Virus record (IMG/VR): IMGVR_UViG_3300025413_001239
From: a virus
Taxonomy: Duplodnaviria > Caudoviricetes
Direction: 5' to 3' (one strand)
DNA: 64,000 nucleotides
The notes below the pieces were generated by a model. It made no database searches. It saw only the letters and a program-made list of their open reading frames with translations, and was not told where the DNA came from. The position numbers were made by a program, and so were the translations under genes. Shown in pieces: positions 36,704-46,410 of the stretch. Position 1 is the stretch's first letter, and each line of letters opens with the position of its first letter.

Positions 36704-36775
36704 GGGATAGCCAGCAGGGTTCTGAAGACAGTCTGTAAAACTGAACTTCGTGTGTTTCGAGTACACCCTATCCCA
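36704..36775 (+). tRNA. tRNA-Tyr(GTA), short variable loop, atypical D arm
   Basis: GGGATAG/CTATCCC; CAGT-CTGTAAA-ACTG. Confidence 0.7.
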
Positions 36776-36780
36776 CATTT

Positions 36781-36862
36781 GGGTCAGTCGCATAGAGGCA
36801 ATTGCCGCGGACTGTAAATCCGCTCTCTTCGGAGTTCACAGGTTCGAGTCCTGTTTGGCCCA
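36781..36862 (+). tRNA. tRNA-Tyr(GTA)
   Basis: GCGGA-CTGTAAA-TCCGC; type II. Confidence 0.9.
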
Positions 36863-36870
36863 CAAAAAAT

Positions 36871-36941
36871 GCCTCCAAAGCATATATGGTGATGTACCTG
36901 ACTTGTAATCAGGGAAGTTGATTCGAGTTCAACTGGAGGCT
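36871..36941 (+). tRNA. tRNA-Thr(TGT)
   Basis: GCCTCCA/TGGAGGC; CCTGA-CTTGTAA-TCAGG. Confidence 0.9.
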
Positions 36942-36962
36942 CAAGAGTCTTATATAAAAAAT

Positions 36963-37034
36963 GCGGATATAGCACAGTGGTTAGTGTTGGGGTCTTCCAA
37001 ACCTCAGACGTCAGTTCGAATCTGACTATCCGCT
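36963..37034 (+). tRNA. tRNA-Gly(TCC)
   Basis: GCGGATA/TATCCGC; GGGGT-CTTCCAA-ACCTC. Confidence 0.9.
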
Positions 37035-37193
37035 CATTGGCTAATTTATTTTATAAAATAAATTTGTTTTGATTATGGAAAAAAATTGACTTTTATTGTA
37101 TTTATATGTATATTTGTGACGTAAAAAAGTTTTATAAATAGTGCTTTTGAAATATCTAAGCCACACATAACAAATAAAAATTAATTAATTAAA

Positions 37194-37466
37194 ATGGATT
37201 TAAAGTCTGGTATCAGAAATCCCGAACAGTTACGGGTTGCAATTGAGATTGCTAAGTTAAATAATGAATTTTATTCTGATGCTGTATGGGCAATCCATAA
37301 GTATAAGTGGTATAATTGGTATCAGAATCTGCACATTAAAGAAAATAGTCTAGAGGATATTGAGAATACTAAAATCTTTAATCAATTAGAAACTGAATAT
37401 CCGAGTATTCATGTGGATATTGAAAAAAATATTGATTATGAGATTATTAAAGCTAGTGCAAATTAA
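37194..37466 (+). CDS. hypothetical protein
   Basis: 90 aa ORF followed by a terminator at 37477-37504. Confidence 0.7.
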   Translation: MDLKSGIRNPEQLRVAIEIAKLNNEFYSDAVWAIHKYKWYNWYQNLHIKENSLEDIENTKIFNQLETEYPSIHVDIEKNIDYEIIKASAN

Positions 37467-37569
37467 TTTAAGATTTAAAAAGACGTAGAAATACGTCTTT
37501 TTTTATTTAGTTGAGATTCAAAAAAAAAAAATATTTGTAAGTTTAAATTTAATTTTGTATATTTGCACT

Positions 37570-37818
37570 ATGACAAACACAATACTACTTGATTTAAATA
37601 CTGAGAGAGACCCAATGATTCTATTCAGTAAACCTATGGAGCAGGACCCCCCAACTAATAGGGAAGAGATGCATAAGATGATAATTGAAGACATTGCATT
37701 TTTATCTGAAGCATTAACGGTTATGATTAAACGTGCTGATGAAAATGGTTATTCCAATAAAGAAGCTCTTATTGAAGCTTCAATAAAAACACTTAATAGT
37801 CTTTTAATAGAAAATTAA
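37570..37818 (+). CDS. hypothetical protein
   Basis: ATG just after TATATTTG. Confidence 0.7.
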   Translation: MTNTILLDLNTERDPMILFSKPMEQDPPTNREEMHKMIIEDIAFLSEALTVMIKRADENGYSNKEALIEASIKTLNSLLIEN

Positions 37819-37864
37819 TAATAAAGTTGTAACGATAGAAATTAATTCGTATATTTGCATCGTA

Positions 37865-38173
37865 ATGAGAAAAAGACCTTCAGATACAAATTCAGAAAAA
37901 CCGAAAGCACCAGTTAAAAAACAAGAAAGTGCTCTTGGTAAGTTACCACCAAAAAAGATGGTCATAACTAAGAATGGTATTGAAGAGGTTGATATTAAAT
38001 TGGATACAACTAGAAAATCTGACAATAAAAAATACGTAAAGGTTTTAGCTACTGAGACAAGCTTAGTATTCAAGGAAATCGGTGATAGGGTAGCTAAAAA
38101 AGAATTAAAGTGGTCGTATTATACGACTGAAAACAATATTGGTGTACATTATTATCAAATATTAAACGATTAA
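37865..38173 (+). CDS. hypothetical protein
   Basis: ATG just after TATATTTG. Confidence 0.7.
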   Translation: MRKRPSDTNSEKPKAPVKKQESALGKLPPKKMVITKNGIEEVDIKLDTTRKSDNKKYVKVLATETSLVFKEIGDRVAKKELKWSYYTTENNIGVHYYQILND

Positions 38174-38174
38174 A

Positions 38175-38570
38175 ATGAGTTTAAAGATTAAAATATCTGA
38201 AGATTTAAAAACAGCGATGAAAGAAAAGAATACAATCAAATTAGGTATTCTTAGAGTTCTTAAGGCTGAGATTGAAAGAAATGAACAATCCGCTAATGGT
38301 AAAATTGAATTACCAGATGGTGACGTTATTAAAATAGTTAAGAAACTAATTGAGGGTATAAAAGAAACTACTAAAGACCAAGTTGAAATTGATGCTTTAG
38401 ATTTGTATTTACCTAAACAAATGAATGAGGATGAAATAAAGGCCATTATTGCTCTTGTTAAACAATCTGGCATTTCACAGATGGGTGAATTCATGAAGTA
38501 CTTCAAGGTGTATCATGATGGTGAATATGATGGTAAATTATTAAGTAACCTTGTAAAAGAATCATTATAA
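38175..38570 (+). CDS. GatB/YqeY domain protein
   Basis: LK.KI.EDLKTAMK.K....LGILR.LK.EI...E; YLPKQM; MG..MK. Confidence 0.9.
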   Translation: MSLKIKISEDLKTAMKEKNTIKLGILRVLKAEIERNEQSANGKIELPDGDVIKIVKKLIEGIKETTKDQVEIDALDLYLPKQMNEDEIKAIIALVKQSGISQMGEFMKYFKVYHDGEYDGKLLSNLVKESL

Positions 38571-38971
38571 TGGCATCATTATTACTTATCGAGATTTTCA
38601 CAATTATATTTATTCATTGGGTATCCGATTTTGTGTTACAAACAGATTGGGAAGCTAAGAATAAAAGCAAAGATGACTTAGCTTTACTGTCACATACATC
38701 AAAGTATTCGATGTGCTGGTTTATTCCAATTTTTATTTTATTTACGAAATTTGGACATAATGGTGATGTCTATTATAGGGTTAATATATCGTTCTTTTTT
38801 TGTGTTATCACACTTGTATCCCATACCATAACGGATTACTTTACATCGAGACTTAATTCTAAATTATGGGCTAAGGGTCATGTACATAACTTCTTTGTTA
38901 GTGTTGGTTGGGACCAAATTTGTCATTACGTACAACTATTTTTAACATATTACTTATTAAAAACAATTTAA
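38570..38971 (+). CDS. DUF3307-family membrane protein
   Basis: HWVSDFVLQT, SH..TDY, GWDQICHY. Confidence 0.8.
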   Translation: MASLLLIEIFTIIFIHWVSDFVLQTDWEAKNKSKDDLALLSHTSKYSMCWFIPIFILFTKFGHNGDVYYRVNISFFFCVITLVSHTITDYFTSRLNSKLWAKGHVHNFFVSVGWDQICHYVQLFLTYYLLKTI

Positions 38972-39522
38972 TGGCAAATTCGCAAATTCACGAAACATTG
39001 GATGCAATGTTGGAAAATCCTAAAACTAAGAATTTTTTAGGTCACTTAGTTAAGAATTACTTTCCAACTTCTAACGTTCAGAAAGTCTTGAATCGTCCAA
39101 CAGGACCATTCAAGTGTGTTTTAACCAAAGAGAATTTATTCTCAGTTCAAGACATCCTTGAAGGTATTCAAACTGAGGAATACAAAAAGGACTTTAATGA
39201 GTACTTAACTCGTTTCTTGGATACTAACTTTAGTGGTGAAACACCAATGGGTAAACTAATTGGTGATAAGAAAATGGGGTTCACTGGTAAAGAAACCACA
39301 ACTTATATGTCTTTCACAGCATTACAAGAGTTTTATAACTGGGTTATAACTAAGTCTTTTGCTGGTGATAAACACATCAATTGGCTTTTAGGTGGTGTTA
39401 GAGATAATTTTTATAGCAAACCTAAACAAGTCGTTGAGAAAAAAAGCAACGTATCAACGTATACACTTGGTGAAGTTGATGCATTTAAGAAATTAAAAGC
39501 CAAGTTCGAGAATGAAAATTAA
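38971..39522 (+). CDS. hypothetical protein
   Basis: Coupled ORF starting MANSQIHE. Confidence 0.75.
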   Translation: MANSQIHETLDAMLENPKTKNFLGHLVKNYFPTSNVQKVLNRPTGPFKCVLTKENLFSVQDILEGIQTEEYKKDFNEYLTRFLDTNFSGETPMGKLIGDKKMGFTGKETTTYMSFTALQEFYNWVITKSFAGDKHINWLLGGVRDNFYSKPKQVVEKKSNVSTYTLGEVDAFKKLKAKFENEN

Positions 39523-40123
39523 TATTGACGTTTCAGATGGTAAAAATGTATTTTTTATCAGTGATTTACACTTAGGTCATCGAAATGTTATTAAGTATGA
39601 TAATCGACCATTTGTTACGGCAAATGGTGAACCAGACTTAGATTTAATGCATGAAACAATTATAAGAAATTGGAATTCTGTGGTTGGTGAATATGATGTT
39701 GTTTTTAATCTTGGTGATTTATGTTTCGGTAGTACTCAGTTAGCTAAAGAAGTTGTCTTTAAGTTAAATGGTAGAATCCATTATATAATAGGTAATCATG
39801 ATAACTACAAGGATATACTTAATTTAAATCGTTTTGATACTGTTAGTGATTTAATTGATTTAAACATATCTGGTGGTAAAGTATCTAAAAATTTACACAT
39901 GGTACTGTGTCATTATCCAATATACTCTTGGAATCGAGCACACCATAATAGTTATCATCTTCACGGCCATTGCCATGGTAATTTGCATCATGGTGAAAAT
40001 GCTGATTATTACATCGGCAGAAGGGTTATAGATGTTGGTTGTAATCTTATAAATTATACACCAATATCATATATTGATGCTATAACAAAAATAGAAGAAA
40101 ATTGGGTTAAAAAATCTAACTAA
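39512..40123 (+). CDS. calcineurin-like metallophosphoesterase
   Basis: SDLHLGH, LGDL, GNHD, LCHYP, HGHCH, DVG. Confidence 0.9.
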   Translation: MKINIDVSDGKNVFFISDLHLGHRNVIKYDNRPFVTANGEPDLDLMHETIIRNWNSVVGEYDVVFNLGDLCFGSTQLAKEVVFKLNGRIHYIIGNHDNYKDILNLNRFDTVSDLIDLNISGGKVSKNLHMVLCHYPIYSWNRAHHNSYHLHGHCHGNLHHGENADYYIGRRVIDVGCNLINYTPISYIDAITKIEENWVKKSN

Positions 40124-40145
40124 TCATATTAATAATATATAAAAA

Positions 40146-41453
40146 ATGGGAAGAAGTAAACAATTAGAAAAAATAATTAGAGAAATGGGAAAAAACACAA
40201 AAGCTGCTAGGGTTTCTAATGAAATCGAAGATTACATTGGTTATGATGAATTAGTACCCGTAATTTCGGATGATGAAATTGAGGAAGATTCTGAGTATCC
40301 AACAAATGGTGAGAGTTTTTCAATAACTTTCATTGAATTTGCGATATTTAATGAATATTTTTATGAGATTTATCGTAAAAAATCTGACGCTATAACTGTT
40401 AAAAGTTATGGTCACACAGATAGTGTTGGTAGGGTTAGCTTCGGCGCACCGTTCAATGTGACCAATAGTTGGTGGTTCAATGCAAATTTAGCTGATGATA
40501 CAAATGATTATATCTTCCAAACAAAGATGTTTTTGGATGGTAACCGTACAATCATCACAGAACTTCATGTAAGCCCTAAAAACGGCCTAAGTATGAAGAA
40601 ATTAACCGAGGTTTATAAGAAAGTTAAAGGACTTGCTTTTAACAACTCTAAGTTCAAGGGTAAGTGTATTGAGGTTAAATTGTATGATGGTAACTTCAAG
40701 GGTATTGATATTATCGATATGAGTAAGTACTCAACTAATCTTATACTTAGTGAGACACAAAGAAAATTCATTGACCACTTTATCAGTAGGGTTGCCAGAG
40801 GTGGTAACGCAAGATACTTGTTGAATGGTGAACCAGGTACGGGTAAAACTGAAAGCATTCGTGAAGTGGTTCAAAAGTTGATTCCAGATGTAACGTTTAT
40901 CATACCTAAATTTAGTCAAGCTGAGGACCTTACAGTTATTCTTGAGGCTTGTGAAATATTCGATAAGGGTGTTATCATAATGGATGATATTGACTTGTAC
41001 TTGGGTTCAAGAGACAGAGGTAGTTATACAAGCCTTTTAGGTCAATTTTTATCATTCTTTGATGGTGTTAAAAAGAGAAAAATCAGTCTTTTGGCATCAA
41101 CTAATGATAAGGGTCTTGTGGATAAAGCTGCTGAAAGACCAGGTCGTTTCAACATGACCTTAGATTATACATTCCTTACGAGAGAACAAATTGAGGGTGT
41201 TTGTAAGATACATCTTCCAGCTGAGTATTGCATTGAAGAAATCTATGATGTTTTAACAAGCAACATTGATGGTAAATCCGCTAAAATAACTGGTGCGTTT
41301 ATTGCAAACCTTGCTGACAACATAAAGGAAATGTCTGAGGACAGTGATGATTGGAAGTTAGATGATACAATCTCTTTGATTAAAGAATCTTACAAGGGCT
41401 TCTACATGAGTCAAACCAATAAGAACGCTTCAATAGGGTTCAAAGTTAATTAA
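40146..41453 (+). CDS. AAA+ ATPase
   Basis: GEPGTGKT, IIMDDID, STN, RPGRF. Confidence 0.9.
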   Translation: MGRSKQLEKIIREMGKNTKAARVSNEIEDYIGYDELVPVISDDEIEEDSEYPTNGESFSITFIEFAIFNEYFYEIYRKKSDAITVKSYGHTDSVGRVSFGAPFNVTNSWWFNANLADDTNDYIFQTKMFLDGNRTIITELHVSPKNGLSMKKLTEVYKKVKGLAFNNSKFKGKCIEVKLYDGNFKGIDIIDMSKYSTNLILSETQRKFIDHFISRVARGGNARYLLNGEPGTGKTESIREVVQKLIPDVTFIIPKFSQAEDLTVILEACEIFDKGVIIMDDIDLYLGSRDRGSYTSLLGQFLSFFDGVKKRKISLLASTNDKGLVDKAAERPGRFNMTLDYTFLTREQIEGVCKIHLPAEYCIEEIYDVLTSNIDGKSAKITGAFIANLADNIKEMSEDSDDWKLDDTISLIKESYKGFYMSQTNKNASIGFKVN

Positions 41454-41515
41454 ATAAATAAATAAATAAAAAATATCGAGGAAACAATTGCTTTCTTCGA
41501 TATTTTTTTGTATAT

Positions 41516-41923
41516 TTGCGTATGCCAATTTATAATAAACCAGCCCCAGCTAGACTTAAACGACTTGAAGAATCTGATTATATTACAATAAAAGGTGAGC
41601 AAAAAGACATAACTGTTGTAACTAAGCAAGAAACTAGGTCTGTAATTAAGGAGTTAATCGAAAAGGAATGCGGCCCTGCTCTAATCAAGGCTACAAGTAA
41701 TGTATTATCAACATTTGATACAATGATTGGTAATAATATAAAGCCTGAACTGAATGAGAAATTTGCCGTAATGCAACGAGATGTTGTTGCTTATATTGAT
41801 TTTAAGATTGATTTATTATCACAAAAGATATGTGATATGTTAACAACTAGGAAGTTTAATGAGGAAGTGGATAAAAAGGTGAAGGAAAAATTAGAAAAAT
41901 TAAAAATGAGTGGTAGATTTTAA
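41516..41923 (+). CDS. hypothetical protein
   Basis: 135 aa ORF. Confidence 0.7.
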   Translation: MRMPIYNKPAPARLKRLEESDYITIKGEQKDITVVTKQETRSVIKELIEKECGPALIKATSNVLSTFDTMIGNNIKPELNEKFAVMQRDVVAYIDFKIDLLSQKICDMLTTRKFNEEVDKKVKEKLEKLKMSGRF

Positions 41924-41989
41924 ATTATAAAAAATATAGCTGTTTACAGGTCCTACTGAAGTTATTAAAGAAATACTAAAAAAAGAAAT

Positions 41990-42349
41990 ATGAGTGTTAT
42001 AAAATTTGAGTTAAATGATAACCATGTTAAGTTGCTTAGACAACTTAAATGGTCTACTTCTACTGACAATAAGACTATTGTTAGTGTTGAGGATATTAAT
42101 GAACCGTTGTTGTTCAACGAGAATAACGTTTACGAAGCGGTTGATTTGATATTGAATGGTGCACCAGCTAATTTGGACCCAATGAATACTTTTGATGCGC
42201 CAGTATATACCCCAGAGCAAATAGCTGAATGGGATAAGTTATTATCTGAATTACCTATGGCTTTGGATATTATTCTTTATAATGGTAATTTCAATTTGGG
42301 TATTTACAAAACTAAATTCCACATAAGAGATTGGAAACTAATAAATTAA
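41990..42349 (+). CDS. hypothetical protein
   Basis: 119 aa ORF. Confidence 0.7.
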   Translation: MSVIKFELNDNHVKLLRQLKWSTSTDNKTIVSVEDINEPLLFNENNVYEAVDLILNGAPANLDPMNTFDAPVYTPEQIAEWDKLLSELPMALDIILYNGNFNLGIYKTKFHIRDWKLIN

Positions 42350-42356
42350 TAAAAAA

Positions 42357-43964
42357 ATGAAATTTAAAGATTTAACGGAAGAGAATAAAAAGTTACTAAA
42401 AGACTCTTACTTCAATAGAGCAAAATTGGGCTTAACTGTTGAAAAATTAGCCTCTAATTTGGGTAGTCAACTAAGTGTATCAGAAAGAACAATACGTAAG
42501 TGGTTTTCTGAAAAACTTGATTTAAAAGAAAAAGTTGATATTGAATCTGAGCAATATGAGTTAGCTAAAAAGAAAAAAGCTGATAAAACAAAAAAACGTT
42601 TTATTATAACATGGGCCCAAAACAACACGCCAATTCATACTAAGTTTCTTAATAATGTTAAAGCTTATGCTAACCACATCGATGCTGACATTCATGTGAT
42701 TGCTGGTAGGTATAAAAACCCCACATCTGTATTTTCAGATAAGAATGAAGATGTTTGGGCTGATGAGGTTTTACCATACTTAGATGCTAACAGACATGAT
42801 ATTCACAAGTACTTATCAATTATGTCTGACATAAAGATTCAACCAACCGCTACCAATCCAATGACTGGATTACAAGGTATGTCTGGAATCAATTCTTGTG
42901 TGTTTGGTAGTCCTAAAGTGCAAATGGAAATGATACCTGTATTAGAGGGTAAGAAACCTAAAATGATGCTTACCACTGGTTCTTGTACGCTTATGAACTA
43001 TACCGATTCCAAATCTGGTAAAAAAGGTGAATTTCATCATACAATTGGTTTTGTGGTTGTTGAGATTAAAGATAATGATAATGATACATTCTTTATCAGA
43101 CAAGTAACCGCACATGATAAAACTGGTTCATTTACTGATTTATTTTATAGGGTTGATAATTGTGAAATTAGTAAAGTTGAATCAATATCAGCTGCTGTTT
43201 TAGGTGATTTACACTACGGCCACCATGACCAACAAGTCTTAGATAAAACATTTGAAATGCTAAGCGTTTTAAAACCTAAGCATGTTATTCTACACGATGT
43301 CTTCGATGGTGATTCTATAAGTCATCACCAAATGAAAGACCCATTCATTCAATTTGGTAAAGAAGTAAATGGAACTAATTCTCTTGAAAAAGAAATTAAT
43401 TCAATGATTGAAGGGTTAAAGCCTTTTGAAAAGTATGAGAATGTGGTTATTGTTAGAAGCAATCACGATGACTTCCTTGACCGATGGTTAAAGAATGAAG
43501 ATTGGAAAAAACAACCAACAAGCAAAAATTCCATATTGTATATGGAATATAGTGCGATGCTTTTAAGACAATACTCTAAAGACCCTAATAATGTTAAGGG
43601 TGTAATCCCAGAGATTATTAATAAGTCTTACCCTAAATTTAAAACCCTTGGTCGCCGTGAATCATATACGGTTAACAATTGGGAGTTGGGTCAACACGGC
43701 GATGTTGGTGCTAGTGGTTCCAGAGGTTCTTTGCTTCAATTTAGGAAATTAAATACTAAAATTGTTGTTGGTCACTATCATTCCCCAGGTCGTAAAGACG
43801 GTGCCTTAGCGGTTGGTACCTCAACAAATCTAAGGGTTGGATATAATTTAGGACCTAGCTCTTGGTTACAATCACACGTATTAATCCATGAAGATGGAAA
43901 AGCACAGCATATTAATTTTATTCAAGATAAGGACGGTAATATTGGTTTCACAACTCTAGTTTAG
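42357..43964 (+). CDS. HTH plus metallophosphoesterase protein
   Basis: N-terminal SERTIRKW helix; GDLHYG, HDVFDG, SNHDD, QHGD, GHYHS. Confidence 0.7.
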   Translation: MKFKDLTEENKKLLKDSYFNRAKLGLTVEKLASNLGSQLSVSERTIRKWFSEKLDLKEKVDIESEQYELAKKKKADKTKKRFIITWAQNNTPIHTKFLNNVKAYANHIDADIHVIAGRYKNPTSVFSDKNEDVWADEVLPYLDANRHDIHKYLSIMSDIKIQPTATNPMTGLQGMSGINSCVFGSPKVQMEMIPVLEGKKPKMMLTTGSCTLMNYTDSKSGKKGEFHHTIGFVVVEIKDNDNDTFFIRQVTAHDKTGSFTDLFYRVDNCEISKVESISAAVLGDLHYGHHDQQVLDKTFEMLSVLKPKHVILHDVFDGDSISHHQMKDPFIQFGKEVNGTNSLEKEINSMIEGLKPFEKYENVVIVRSNHDDFLDRWLKNEDWKKQPTSKNSILYMEYSAMLLRQYSKDPNNVKGVIPEIINKSYPKFKTLGRRESYTVNNWELGQHGDVGASGSRGSLLQFRKLNTKIVVGHYHSPGRKDGALAVGTSTNLRVGYNLGPSSWLQSHVLIHEDGKAQHINFIQDKDGNIGFTTLV

Positions 43965-43997
43965 ATAAAACACTATTAATATTATCGTTATATTTTA

Positions 43998-44225
43998 TTA
44001 CAATTACCACCATTAAAGAACTTTATATTACCAAGAGGCGATGAAAAGGTTACTTTGATACATGTTTGTAGGACAATTTCACGCAGAGCAGAAATTGCTT
44101 GTATAGAAGCTGAAGCAAACCCAATAATTACAAAGTACCTTAACAGGTTAAGTGATTACTTTTTCGTATTATCAAGGTTTTATTTACATGAGGGTAATAT
44201 GGATGAAAAAATTTGGAAAAATTAA
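43998..44225 (+). pseudogene. C-terminal remnant of PduO-type cobalamin adenosyltransferase
   Basis: LPPLKNFILP, HVCRTISRRAE, YLNRLSDYFFVLSR; in-frame stop at 43977, no start. Confidence 0.75.
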
Positions 44226-44229
44226 AATT

Positions 44230-44571
44230 ATGAGTGAAGAATTAATAAGTTACGGAGAGTTTTTAGAAATAGCCAAAAAACTTGATATTAAATACGGTCA
44301 GGTAGTATCTGCTGAACGTATTGCAAAAAGTGATAAATTATTAAAATTGGTTGTTATTTTTGGTTCGGAAGAAGCTGACAAAAAAGTTGTTGTTACTAAT
44401 TTAGGTGAAAATTTTGAACCTTCAGCATTTGAAGGTTTAGTTTTACCATTTGTGATGAACTTAGTACCGTCTAAGATGATGGGTGTTACCAGTGAGGCTA
44501 TGATTATGGTACCTAAAATTGGTGATGTTATCGAATTAAATAACTATTCATTAGGTTCAAAATTGTTATAA
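44230..44571 (+). CDS. stand-alone tRNA-binding OB-fold protein (CsaA/Trbp111-like)
   Basis: LDIKYGQVVSAE...DKLLKL...NL.P.KMMG..SEAMI. Confidence 0.85.
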   Translation: MSEELISYGEFLEIAKKLDIKYGQVVSAERIAKSDKLLKLVVIFGSEEADKKVVVTNLGENFEPSAFEGLVLPFVMNLVPSKMMGVTSEAMIMVPKIGDVIELNNYSLGSKLL

Positions 44572-44572
44572 A

Positions 44573-45013
44573 ATGAGAAAAACCGCTGGTATATTTTTGG
44601 TAAAGAATGATGGTACTATTTTAGTTGGTCACCCTACAAACCATAAAAATGATTTCTTTAGCATCCCTAAAGGTGGTGTTGACGAAGGTGAAAGATTATT
44701 AGATGCTGCAATAAGAGAAACTTATGAAGAATCTAATATTGATGTTTCTGATTATACATTTATTTGGACTTTAAATCCAAGAATGCATAAGAATAATAAA
44801 AAGATTTTCTACCCTTATGTTTTACTTGAGAAGGAAAATCAATACGTTTTTGATGAGTTTGAAATTAAATGTAATTCAAATGTTACTATCGATGACTTTG
44901 AAATTCCAGAGATGGATTCGTTTAAGTGGTTAACATTCGATGAGGCTAGGACTCATTTAAATCAAACACAAGTTGATTGTATTGATGAGGTTGAAAAATT
45001 ATTTAACGCATAA
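44573..45013 (+). CDS. NUDIX hydrolase
   Basis: [23 protein letters not shown]. Confidence 0.9.
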   Translation: MRKTAGIFLVKNDGTILVGHPTNHKNDFFSIPKGGVDEGERLLDAAIRETYEESNIDVSDYTFIWTLNPRMHKNNKKIFYPYVLLEKENQYVFDEFEIKCNSNVTIDDFEIPEMDSFKWLTFDEARTHLNQTQVDCIDEVEKLFNA

Positions 45014-45261
45014 TGTGGTATATTTATATAGTTGAGTGTGAAAAAGATGGGACACTCTATACTGGTATAACTACAGATGTAAATAGACGCATTTCAGAGC
45101 ATAACTCTGGCAAGGGGGCTAAATACACTAGAACTAGAACACCAGTCGTTTTAAGAGCCTTATTTGAGGCTAATAATCGAAGCGAAGCTTCAAAAGAAGA
45201 ATATAGAATTAAAAAACTTACAAAAATTGAAAAATTGAAACTATGCGACATAAAACAATAG
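45013..45261 (+). CDS. small GIY-YIG nuclease (UPF0213-like)
   Basis: [32 protein letters not shown]. Confidence 0.9.
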   Translation: MWYIYIVECEKDGTLYTGITTDVNRRISEHNSGKGAKYTRTRTPVVLRALFEANNRSEASKEEYRIKKLTKIEKLKLCDIKQ

Positions 45262-45464
45262 ACTTAGGTGAATACATAATAGAAATTGATTTTAATCCAG
45301 AGAATAATGATTTAGACATAAGCGTATTCGATGCTTTGGGTGAAATAATTGAATCAATGAATATTAGTGACGATGATGATGATGATGATGATGATGATTA
45401 TGACGATGATGGTGATGATAAATCATTTAGTGGTCCATTAAATATTTCTTTTAATCTTAATTAA
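45243..45464 (+). CDS. small acidic protein with poly-Asp tract
   Basis: (GAT)n repeat encoding [16 protein letters not shown]. Confidence 0.65.
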   Translation: MRHKTIDLGEYIIEIDFNPENNDLDISVFDALGEIIESMNISDDDDDDDDDDYDDDGDDKSFSGPLNISFNLN

Positions 45465-45490
45465 TTTAAATAAAGTTATATATTTGCAAA

Positions 45491-45814
45491 ATGTTTGATG
45501 TATTAAGAACAAGAAAGGGTAAATTGAAAGATAGAATTGAGTCTGAATTGGTTAAATCAAATCCAGATATTGATAATATCTTAGTCTATATTGATGATTA
45601 CGAAACATCAAACCTTGAAACAATTAAAAAATTAAAAAGAGCTAAGAAATTAGAGCTCAATAAAATAAACGGGGCTCTTAAACAAACAATATTTTTTCAT
45701 GGCCCTATAACAAAAGAACTAATTAGTTCCGCATCTAAGCGTATATATGGTAGTCTATTGGACTCAGAAAAAGAAAGTGTTATAAAAAGAATAATAAAAT
45801 GGATAAGAAAGTAA
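45491..45814 (+). CDS. hypothetical protein
   Basis: 107 aa ORF. Confidence 0.7.
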   Translation: MFDVLRTRKGKLKDRIESELVKSNPDIDNILVYIDDYETSNLETIKKLKRAKKLELNKINGALKQTIFFHGPITKELISSASKRIYGSLLDSEKESVIKRIIKWIRK

Positions 45815-46353
45815 TTAAAAAAGTTTTAAGAGAATCAGTGGGTGATAAAATAACGAGATTAGCCGTCTTCGATTTTGACGGAACGTTATTGGATACACCA
45901 TTACCAACCGATGAAAATAAAGAAATTTATAAGGAAAAAACAGGTGAGGATTGGCCTAGTAAGGGTTGGTGGAGTAGACCAGAAACTCTTAATCAAGATA
46001 TTTTTGATATTCCAGTTATTAAAGATGTTATTTCTGATTATAAAAAGGAAAAAGCTACACCTAACACTATGGTTATTATGCTAACTGGTAGAATACAAAA
46101 ATTATCTAGTTATGTTGAAGCTGTTTTGGCATCTAAGGGTCTTAAATTTGATGGTTATTTTTATAACACTGGTGGTAGTACTTTGGATAACAAAATCCAT
46201 ACAATGGAATCCATATTAAAACAACATCCAACAATCAATCAAATAAATTGTTGGGACGATAGGTTAGAACACATTCCACACTTTCAAGCTTGGGGTGATA
46301 ACCTTAAAGGTGTTGATTTTGAAATAACAATAGTTGAAAGCGGACATCATTAA
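45799..46353 (+). CDS. HAD phosphatase (Swiss Army Knife RNA repair-like)
   Basis: FDFDGTL, WW..P, LTGR, WDDR. Confidence 0.8.
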   Translation: MDKKVIKKVLRESVGDKITRLAVFDFDGTLLDTPLPTDENKEIYKEKTGEDWPSKGWWSRPETLNQDIFDIPVIKDVISDYKKEKATPNTMVIMLTGRIQKLSSYVEAVLASKGLKFDGYFYNTGGSTLDNKIHTMESILKQHPTINQINCWDDRLEHIPHFQAWGDNLKGVDFEITIVESGHH

Positions 46354-46374
46354 ACCCACACTTGTGGGTTTTTT
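46352..46374 (+). terminator. intrinsic terminator
   Basis: AAACCCACA-CT-TGTGGGTTTTTT. Confidence 0.8.
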
Positions 46375-46410
46375 GTTGTATGTGTGAAAATAAAATAGTA
46401 TATTTGCGGT

